Shown piece after piece: positions 18,088 to 24,378 of a stretch of 24,378 nt of DNA. The stretch lies in NCBI GenBank assembly GCA_017610175.1, contig JAFCCO010000021.1:1-24378 (forward strand), written 5' to 3'. The translations under genes were made by a program, and so were the position numbers. This DNA is from Candidatus Iainarchaeum sp. GTDB lineage: Archaea; Iainarchaeota; Iainarchaeia; Iainarchaeales; GCA-2688035. Under the pieces are notes generated by a model, which saw nothing but the letters and a program-made list of their open reading frames with translations, ran no database searches and was not told the DNA's origin. Position 1 is the first letter of the stretch, and each line of letters begins with the position of its first letter.

Positions 18088-18555
18088 TCACTTGTAGGAA
18101 TTCTCAAGCTTTGAAAGAACGGACTCAACCTCGTCCATTGTGTTGTTAACAGGCTGCTTAACCCAGTGCTGGAAGCTTGCCCTCAAATCGTTTGGTTCCG
18201 CGTGGGGATTGTTGTTGATGCGGTAGCGGTTGCTTTTTCTTGAGATTAACTCAAGGACAATGAGCTTGTTCAAATGGTAGCGCAAAAGCTTTTCCCCGAT
18301 TTTCTTTCCGTACTTTTCAAAAACATAGGCCTGAATGTCCAAAGTGCTTGGATTCTGCTTCTGCGAAATCAAAAAGTAAAACAGGCCGTCAAGAACGTTA
18401 AGCACAGTGTCCCTTGACTCCTTTCCGCTAATCAATCCGAAGGAGAGCGCAAACCACCTGAGCATTGACTTTTTGGTCATTTCAACCGAGGGCGGCAAGT
18501 CCATTGCCCTGAAAGTGAAAGTCTTTCTAACCAATTCTGATTCCGGAAAAGCCAC
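18088..18555 (-). CDS. Winged helix-turn-helix protein, putative transcriptional regulator
   Basis: TLDIQAYV...EKLLRYHLNKLIVLELISRKSNRYRI wHTH-like pattern. GAGGTGA RBS precedes GTG 18555. Confidence 0.65.
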   Translation of the reverse strand: MAFPESELVRKTFTFRAMDLPPSVEMTKKSMLRWFALSFGLISGKESRDTVLNVLDGLFYFLISQKQNPSTLDIQAYVFEKYGKKIGEKLLRYHLNKLIVLELISRKSNRYRINNNPHAEPNDLRASFQHWVKQPVNNTMDEVESVLSKLENSYK

Positions 18556-18629
18556 AAAAATCACCTCGTTTTATACATAATATGTTGGGAAATAAATTCT
18601 TTCCTTCGGGAATAATTTGTTTCTAAGTT

Positions 18630-18669
18630 GTATTTAATGGTTTCCAAAAAGAAAGGATTAAATTCAGAA
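18630..18669 (+). repeat. 40-bp duplicated bidirectional promoter element, copy 1 (upstream of pilin 1)
   Basis: GTATTTAATGGTTTCCAAAAAGAAAGGATTAAATTCAGAA, 37/40 identical to 19848-19887. Confidence 0.9.
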
Positions 18670-18692
18670 AAGAAGTACTAATTAACGATATT

Positions 18693-19550
18693 ATGATAGA
18701 TTCGCGCGCGCAGTCGGCTTTGGAATACTTGATGACCTATGGCTGGACACTGATAGTTGTTGCCATGGTTGTCGGGAGTCTTGTGTTCATTATTACCCCT
18801 CCTGAAGGGGTTTCGTTTACTTCAACCGATTCCGAGCTGCTTTTGGACCAAATGGTTATACCTGGTGGTGGAACTGACAGCGCAACCCTTGTTCTGCAGA
18901 ACGCAACAGGCGGCTCAATAAACGTGAGTGCTCTGGCCGGAACAGGCTCTTTTGCTGCAAGCACTGGTATGACAATTAACGGCGAAGATGTTCCAACAAC
19001 TGTTGACTCTGGGGCCGAAATGCTGATTGAAGGAATTGATACCGGTGGTGCGCTGACAGGCGGAATAAATATAACCTACCAAAAGAGAAGCGGGCTGCAA
19101 AAAACAGTTCTGCTCGAAGCAAGCGGAAGCCTTGGAGGGGACGCCCCTCCCCCTGCAGTTGAAATCTGCAACAATTCAACAGACGATGACGGGGACAGTG
19201 ATGTGGACTGTGATGACACTGACTGTTACGCAGACACTGCCTGCATTGTGGCTTCAGGCCTTGTGATTAATACCTCCTATAATGGTATGACAAGCTCCAA
19301 CAATGACTTTTTGATGGCAACAAACGGTTTCCTTTTTGAAACAGGGTGTGGCGGGACTTGTACAAATTATCGGGCAGTATTTACTGATGGCACACAATCT
19401 GGCAACGTATATACGATTTCTAATCAGATCTATAGCCCTTGCTGGCTCGGTGTTGTTGGTTGTGTTGAATTAATTTCATTCGATGTGACAACCGAGTCGC
19501 CGTGGGCAGTAGGGCCCTGGACTTACAACATTATTAAGCCGCATTCATAA
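18693..19550 (+). CDS. Type IV pilin-like protein with class III signal peptide and C-terminal Cys/Asp-rich extension
   Basis: RA|QSALEYLMTYGW followed by a hydrophobic helix. Contains LQNATGG and an EICNNSTDDDGDSDVDCDDTDC module. Confidence 0.85.
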   Translation: MIDSRAQSALEYLMTYGWTLIVVAMVVGSLVFIITPPEGVSFTSTDSELLLDQMVIPGGGTDSATLVLQNATGGSINVSALAGTGSFAASTGMTINGEDVPTTVDSGAEMLIEGIDTGGALTGGINITYQKRSGLQKTVLLEASGSLGGDAPPPAVEICNNSTDDDGDSDVDCDDTDCYADTACIVASGLVINTSYNGMTSSNNDFLMATNGFLFETGCGGTCTNYRAVFTDGTQSGNVYTISNQIYSPCWLGVVGCVELISFDVTTESPWAVGPWTYNIIKPHS

Positions 19551-19558
19551 AAGGTAAA

Positions 19559-19825
19559 CTAAGTGCTTGACCATGCTTTGCAGGCGTTCTTCTGTTTTTC
19601 ATTTTGTATTTCATCGCAGAGGGCGGGATTTCTTTCCTGAAGCGCGCGCTGCATTAATTCGCTGTCCTGCTGCTGCTCCGGAGTAAGTTCCGGAGTTTCT
19701 TGTGTCTTGTCAGTGTATTGTGGTTGTGTGGGCTGTGCAGGCTGAGGCTGGTCAACTGGCTCAATGCATCCGCTTAGAATCGAGAACGCAAAAACCGCTA
19801 GCAGGATTAAAACAAGCTTTTTCAT
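19559..19825 (-). CDS. Small lipoprotein
   Basis: MKKLVLILLAVFAFSILSG|C lipobox, P/Q-rich linker and a C-terminal LCDEI.....KNAC Cys pair. Start is ATG 19825. Confidence 0.75.
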   Translation of the reverse strand: MKKLVLILLAVFAFSILSGCIEPVDQPQPAQPTQPQYTDKTQETPELTPEQQQDSELMQRALQERNPALCDEIQNEKQKNACKAWSST

Positions 19826-19847
19826 CACACTAAACTTGTGCAAACAG

Positions 19848-19887
19848 GTATTTTAAGGTTTCCAAAAAGAAAGGATTAAATTCGGAA
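19848..19887 (+). repeat. 40-bp duplicated bidirectional promoter element, copy 2 (upstream of pilin 2)
   Basis: GTATTTTAAGGTTTCCAAAAAGAAAGGATTAAATTCGGAA. The 27-bp core is identical to 18639-18665. Confidence 0.9.
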
Positions 19888-19911
19888 TTGCGCTATTATT
19901 TAGTGGTTTAA

Positions 19912-20445
19912 ATGGATTTTCGCGCGCAATCAGCTTTGGAGTATTTGATGACCTATGGCTGGACGCTTATTGTAATAGCTGTTGTTGTTGGGACTCTTGT
20001 GTTAATTACCGGGCAGACAACAAACCAGTTTGCATGCTCGTCCGACAGCACTGAAATAATTCTCAAGGACTATGTGGTTGGGGGCTATTCGGACAACGGC
20101 GGGTCATTTGACTCGTGGACTGGTGAAATTGTTTTGCAGAATGCTACGGGGGGCTCGATTACAATTACAGACACAACGGCGGAATCCAATTTCTTTGTTT
20201 ACGAGCTTGAAGGAGAAGCCTGTGGTAATTTTCCCGCAGACCATGTTGTAGAATCAGCGGGGGAAATAAATATTGTTAGTACAAGTCTTTTCTTGATTTA
20301 TTATCCTGGGCTTGAGTTATACCCTTGCGGACAAACACTTAAGCCTGAGCAAACAAGCGGATCCATTTCCTTTGACTACACAACAGCCAGCGGTTTAAGC
20401 AAAACAGCCACAATCACCTGCAATGGCACGCCGCCAAGGGCCTAA
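19912..20445 (+). CDS. Type IV pilin-like protein with class III signal peptide
   Basis: RA|QSALEYLMTYGWTLIV start. Shares LQNATGGSI and Y...SGL.KT with pilin 1. Confidence 0.85.
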   Translation: MDFRAQSALEYLMTYGWTLIVIAVVVGTLVLITGQTTNQFACSSDSTEIILKDYVVGGYSDNGGSFDSWTGEIVLQNATGGSITITDTTAESNFFVYELEGEACGNFPADHVVESAGEINIVSTSLFLIYYPGLELYPCGQTLKPEQTSGSISFDYTTASGLSKTATITCNGTPPRA

Positions 20446-20505
20446 TTCTATTTTTACCCTATCTTTAAAAAAACAAGCACAGCAGAATATATTGGGGTGG
20501 AGTAA

Positions 20506-20862
20506 ATGATTAAGGTAAATACAGCATTTAACCCGTACAGAATGATGCTTTCGAGAAAGCTTCCTGTCAATTTCACGCTTGAGCTGCACAATACTTATGA
20601 TGAGGCTGCAAAGCTAACCGTTAACGTAAAGCTAAGCAACCAGCTTTCCTTGGAAAAAGGCGGTTTCAAGAATGAAGTAACTGAAAGGATTGAGGAACTT
20701 GCCCCTGGTGCAAAGCAAAAGTTCTACTACGACATTTACCAAAAGGCTGGCACAAGGGTTGCAGAGCAGCCGATTGCAATCACGGTTTTGGAGCACTACA
20801 GGGATTTTTCCTACGTAAGCAAGGAATCCAAAAAATACCTTGGACTAAAGGTAGAAGAATAA
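20506..20862 (+). CDS. Hypothetical protein, probable Ig-like beta-sandwich
   Basis: Alternating beta pattern (VNFTLELHN, LTVNVKLS, IEELAPG..QKFYYDI). GGGGTGGAG RBS. No signal peptide. Confidence 0.65.
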   Translation: MIKVNTAFNPYRMMLSRKLPVNFTLELHNTYDEAAKLTVNVKLSNQLSLEKGGFKNEVTERIEELAPGAKQKFYYDIYQKAGTRVAEQPIAITVLEHYRDFSYVSKESKKYLGLKVEE

Positions 20863-20865
20863 GCA

Positions 20866-20893
20866 CTTCTACATAATAGTGTTGTTGCTAAAT
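20866..20893 (+). other. dif-like 28-bp site (11-6-11)
   Basis: CTTCTACATAA-TAGTGT-TGTTGCTAAAT, compared with canonical GGTGCGCATAA-TGTATA-TTATGTTAAAT. Lies between two convergent stop codons. Confidence 0.4.
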
Positions 20894-22537
20894 CTTTGAA
20901 ATTCTTGGCTTCTGGCCCTTTTTTACCAAAGTCAGGCCCTTGAACCTTTTGTCATCCTGCTTTGGGAAATCCTCCCTGAAATGGGATGCCCTGCTTTCCT
21001 CCCTGAACAGTGCACTGTCCAGGATTATATTGGCTACCTCAATAATGTTTCTTATCTCCAGAAAGTCGCTGCACAGCCTGTATTTCCAGTAAAAGTCATT
21101 GACCTCTTTGCCAAGCTGTTTCAAAATATTCTTTGCGGTAACCATATTTGCCTTATTTCTTGAGATTCCGCACTGTGAGGTCATGGTCATCCTAATAGTG
21201 TCCCAGTAATAGTCCAGAACGGTTTTGTCCTTGATTGCAGATGCATTGTCCTCGTCCCATTCCGGGATCTTGACATTTTTTGCTTTGCCGTGCTCAACAA
21301 AATGCTTTGCCGCAGCCCTCCCAAACAGAATGCATTCGGGTGCAGAATTGCTGGCCAGTCTTGTTGCACCATGCAGTCCTGTGTAAGCGGTTTCTCCTAC
21401 AACATAGCAGTTCTTGAGAGTGGTTGCGCCGCTGGAGTCTGTAACAACCCCGCCGTTTGCATAGTGCACTGCGTAAACAATTGGAACAGGTTCCTTTGCC
21501 AAGTCAATTCCTTTTGCAAAGCAAAATTCGTATGAATTCCTGAAATCATTCTTTAACACTTTTTTTGGAATTTTAGTGCAGTCAAGCCAAAGGTGCTTTA
21601 CGCCCAGCTCCCTCATCTCAACATCCTCTGCTCTGGCCACAACATCCCTGGTTGCCTTTGACCCACGCGGATCATATTTCAGGATGCAGTCCTCCCTTGA
21701 ATCCTTTCCTGCCTTAATTATTGCCCCTGCACCGCGAAGCGCTTCGGTGAGAAGAAACCTTCTCTCTGTCTCCTGAACCATTGAGGGGTCGTAAAAAACA
21801 CTTGGGTGGAACTGGATGAATTCCATGTTTGCCAGAGGCAGGCCTGCCCGGTAGCACATGGCAAAACCGTCTCCTGTTGCAAAATCTTTGTTGGATGTGT
21901 GGGAGAAAACCTTTCCAAGTCCTCCGGTTGCAACAAAAACCCCCTTGCAGGAAACGGCTTTCACATAATCATTTTCAACGTCAAGGGCATAAAACCCGGA
22001 ACAGCGCGATTCATTGGTTACCAAATCGATTGCTGTGTGTTTTTCGTGCACTGTGATATTGCGGTGCTTTCTGACAAGATTTCCCAGAACCCGCATAATT
22101 TCCGCTCCTGTGCGGTCCTTTGAATGAAATATCCGGTTCTCCGAGTGCCCGCCCTCCTTGTGCAGGTCAAATTCATAGCCTTTTTCCGACTTGTCAAATT
22201 TGACCCCCTTGCCAACCAGCCATTGGATAACATCTGGGAAGAAGTGTTCGGCGCAGAATTGCACAACTTGCTTGTTGTTGAGCCCTTTTCCCGCATCCAG
22301 GGTGTCTTTCACATGTTTCTCAATTGAGTCAGACCCCAAGGGGGCGTCATTAACGATTGGGACGGCAGTTAATCCGCCTGCAGTTAAACAACTGTTGCAG
22401 TCTTCGGCAAATTCTCCCTTAACAAAGAAGTCAACTTTCTTGCCGGCGGCGGCCAGTTCAAGCGCTGCACTGCATCCGGCAAAACCGCCGCCTATAACTC
22501 CACAATCTGTCTCAATCAACCTCAATTTTTTCCCCAT
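20888..22537 (-). CDS. nadB: L-aspartate oxidase
   Basis: VIGGGFAG, EGGHS..RI.H..D.TG, EFIQFHP, LTEALRG.GA, RDVVAR, HY..GG, GLHGA.RLASNS and ESR..HFR.D motifs. Start is ATG 22537. Confidence 0.92.
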   Translation of the reverse strand: MGKKLRLIETDCGVIGGGFAGCSAALELAAAGKKVDFFVKGEFAEDCNSCLTAGGLTAVPIVNDAPLGSDSIEKHVKDTLDAGKGLNNKQVVQFCAEHFFPDVIQWLVGKGVKFDKSEKGYEFDLHKEGGHSENRIFHSKDRTGAEIMRVLGNLVRKHRNITVHEKHTAIDLVTNESRCSGFYALDVENDYVKAVSCKGVFVATGGLGKVFSHTSNKDFATGDGFAMCYRAGLPLANMEFIQFHPSVFYDPSMVQETERRFLLTEALRGAGAIIKAGKDSREDCILKYDPRGSKATRDVVARAEDVEMRELGVKHLWLDCTKIPKKVLKNDFRNSYEFCFAKGIDLAKEPVPIVYAVHYANGGVVTDSSGATTLKNCYVVGETAYTGLHGATRLASNSAPECILFGRAAAKHFVEHGKAKNVKIPEWDEDNASAIKDKTVLDYYWDTIRMTMTSQCGISRNKANMVTAKNILKQLGKEVNDFYWKYRLCSDFLEIRNIIEVANIILDSALFREESRASHFREDFPKQDDKRFKGLTLVKKGQKPRISKI

Positions 22538-22632
22538 AGGATCACATCCAGTCCCCCGAAACCAATAACTTATACATAACAGTATTCTCTTTTTCAAAGC
22601 CCAACAACACAAGTAAAAAAAGAAAAAGCCCT

Positions 22633-23256
22633 TTACTTTGCAAGTTTTTCAATTGCCCGCTTGCTTCCGGGTGTGTTTCTCACTGACTTAACCATTGGGG
22701 TTACAATGCGCTGGTTTTCGGCGCCCAATGCACTTATAACACTTATTACGCGACCGACCTGTGCCTTTCTTGCCTGAAGCTGTTTAATTTGGGATTTGAA
22801 GTGGGCGCGCTGTCCTGCGTTCTGCTTTCCCTTCAGCCCAAGCAATTTGTTTTGGTGGGATGCAATCTGCCTGTCTACTCCCTGTATCCTGTTCTGCAAA
22901 GCGGTTATTTGGTAGCGGTCAATCTGGTTTGCCTCAATTGTTAGCAAAACCCTTGCAGGCGAAACCCCTGTTTTTTGGCTAATTCTTTCAATAAGCTTAA
23001 TTCTTGCTGCTCCCTGTGCGGTTGCAGGGTTCCACTTGTAAATTCCACAAAATTTTGCCCAATTGCCTGGATTTCTTGCAATCCTTGATTCAGCAATTCG
23101 TCCTCTATACTCCTGCACTATTGCCCTTTCAGCAGCGGCCCTTCTCTTTACTGCATTTTCGACAAAATATCCTCCGGCTCCTACAGCAACAACTGTCGCC
23201 CCGATAGCAATCTTCTTCTTCCAGCCACTTTTTTTCCTTGGTTTCTTTGCAGGCAT
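22633..23256 (-). CDS. Highly basic hypothetical protein with an N-terminal membrane anchor
   Basis: MPAKKPRKKSGWKKK, a hydrophobic helix, then a K/R/Q-rich helical body. TTTATA lies about 25 bp upstream on the minus strand. Confidence 0.7.
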   Translation of the reverse strand: MPAKKPRKKSGWKKKIAIGATVVAVGAGGYFVENAVKRRAAAERAIVQEYRGRIAESRIARNPGNWAKFCGIYKWNPATAQGAARIKLIERISQKTGVSPARVLLTIEANQIDRYQITALQNRIQGVDRQIASHQNKLLGLKGKQNAGQRAHFKSQIKQLQARKAQVGRVISVISALGAENQRIVTPMVKSVRNTPGSKRAIEKLAK

Positions 23257-23374
23257 AAAAGAATTACGCTCTGCTGGTATAAATAGATTGCCCTTGCCGC
23301 GATAGATTAATTAAGGAAAAATTCATTATACTACTGGCAAAAAATTGCTTTCTCTTTTTTTTAAGGGAAACAAG

Positions 23375-23399
23375 GTTATGTATCAAGATGCTACATAAC
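23375..23399. repeat. Inverted pair of TACATAA motifs
   Basis: GTTATGTA-N9-TACATAAC between divergent genes. Confidence 0.7.
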
Positions 23400-23452
23400 A
23401 TAGTTGTTTTTTGGCCATTTTCAGGAGCTTAAAGGCAGTTTAGGGTGAATTC

Positions 23453-23836
23453 ATGCAAAAATTAAGCATTAAAATCGGCGACCTGGAGTTCTTTGCAGAG
23501 CTCTCAAATGACAATAAAGGCACTGTAGAGACTGTTTTAGCCAATTTACCGATCCGCGGGAAGGCCCGGCGATGGGGTGAGGAAATCTACTTTTTTGTGC
23601 CGTTTGGGGTAGCACTCGAGCACGGGAAAGAGGAGTGCGGGCCCGGTGAAATCGGCTTCTGGCCGGAGGGCCCTGCAATCGCAATTTTTTTCGGAAAAAC
23701 CCCTGTCAGCACTTCTGACAAACCAAGGGCTTATTCTCCCTGCAACTTCTTTGCAAAGCTGGTTGAACCATTGGACAAGGCTGCATTAAACTCTGTCGCA
23801 GATGGCGCTGAAATACTCATTGACCTTGCAAAATAG
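23453..23836 (+). CDS. Cyclophilin-like fold protein (DUF369/TM1367 family)
   Basis: LP..G.A.RWGEEIYF and G.IGFWP.G.AIAIFFG.TP motifs. GGGTGA RBS. Confidence 0.85.
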   Translation: MQKLSIKIGDLEFFAELSNDNKGTVETVLANLPIRGKARRWGEEIYFFVPFGVALEHGKEECGPGEIGFWPEGPAIAIFFGKTPVSTSDKPRAYSPCNFFAKLVEPLDKAALNSVADGAEILIDLAK

Positions 23837-23842
23837 CCCCTT

Positions 23843-23854
23843 ACTTCTACATAA
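23843..23854 (+). repeat. ACTTCTACATAA motif (exact copy of 20865-20876)
   Basis: 12-bp identity. Both copies lie 2-6 bp downstream of a + strand stop codon. Confidence 0.7.
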
Positions 23855-24189
23855 CACATTCGCCGCCGGCCCCACTATTTCATGCCACCCTCAGTTCCAC
23901 TAATATTTTTTTGTGCCATTTTTTGACCCTTTTTGAATATTTTGTGAAGGAATTTTGAAGTATAACAGCACCTATACTGCATCTCGTGCCTAAAACGCGT
24001 TCTGAGGGTGTTATGGGGTGATTCTCGGCGTTTTACGCCATTTGCGGCTTTTCTCAGGCGGTGTAATTGCTGCATTTTGTGGTATTCTATAGTTTTAGTG
24101 GCGTTTGCGACGGTATGTTACTTTGAGTTTTGCGAGGGCTGGTATCTCTCAAAAATTAGAATTGCTGCGTATTTGTTATGTATAATTAA

Positions 24190-24378
24190 TCATTTTACTT
24201 TTTGTAGTGTTTTGAACCAGTCTTTAGCGTGTGTTTTTATTTTATTGATGTCATCCCTACTTAAGGGGTTGTTGTGTGCCAAAATATTGCGAAGGGGATA
24301 TAAATCTCCAAAGAGGGTATTGAATTTATGTTGGGGCCACTTCAACTCCTTAAAAGCAGGCCAGTTGTTAATAATCAT
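24190..24378 (-). CDS. C-terminus of a HEPN (Swt1-like) domain protein, partial
   Basis: II.NNW..F...F....F......L...RNILAHNN contains the Rx4H HEPN motif. AT-rich DNA. The gene runs off the window edge. Confidence 0.7.
   Translation of the reverse strand: MIINNWPAFKELKWPQHKFNTLFGDLYPLRNILAHNNPLSRDDINKIKTHAKDWFKTLQKVK

Noticed and set aside
20888-22612. Succinate dehydrogenase/fumarate reductase flavoprotein, or a start at 22612
   Set aside because: There is no covalent-FAD His segment or Fe-S partner gene, and the motifs fit NadB. The extension upstream of ATG 22537 looks non-coding.
269-23684. Numerous short antisense or alternate-frame ORFs in the track
   Set aside because: They overlap well-supported genes and lack motifs. 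They are shadows of biased codon usage.
23875-24075. 66-aa minus-strand ORF in the spacer
   Set aside because: No RBS or recognisable motifs. Probably spurious.
18570-24186. CRISPR array or canonical integron
   Set aside because: The repeats are too short and irregularly spaced for CRISPR. There is no integrase in the window, and I found no clean 57-141 bp attC fold-back by eye.
1-24378. tRNA, rRNA or transposase genes
   Set aside because: No cloverleaf, rRNA-like or transposase signatures were seen.

Overview
Archaeal chromosomal DNA: GGTGA-type RBSs, TATA/BRE promoters, DtdA and class III-signal pilins. The 'RAQSALEYLMTYGW' pilins and basic ORFans suggest a DPANN lineage, possibly Iainarchaeota/Diapherotrites-like (inference). 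The centre (3898-14764) is one co-oriented 12-gene cluster encoding the entire archaeal (Aeropyrum-type, anhydromevalonate) mevalonate pathway: class II HMG-CoA reductase, HMG-CoA synthase, thiolase, DUF35 scaffold, mevalonate kinase, UbiX, UbiD-type AMP decarboxylase, two-subunit AcnX-type phosphomevalonate dehydratase, IP kinase and type 2 IDI. It also holds one unassigned HAD phosphatase, a candidate DMAPP->DMAP enzyme feeding prenylated-FMN synthesis. Upstream lie a surface protein fragment, an MFS/spermidine-synthase-like fusion, NAD kinase and a GltD-like flavoprotein without its Fe-S domain. Downstream lie dtdA, a NagB/PIG-L fusion, a membrane protein, a wHTH protein, two pilins sharing a duplicated 40-bp bidirectional promoter, nadB, an ORFan, a cyclophilin-like protein and a partial HEPN gene. 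Most intergenic gaps in the last 6 kb, and every one from 20863 on, carry a (C)TTMTACATAA motif resembling a Xer/dif arm, so this tail may be a recombinase-punctuated cassette array. All calls rest on motif recognition; no searches were run.
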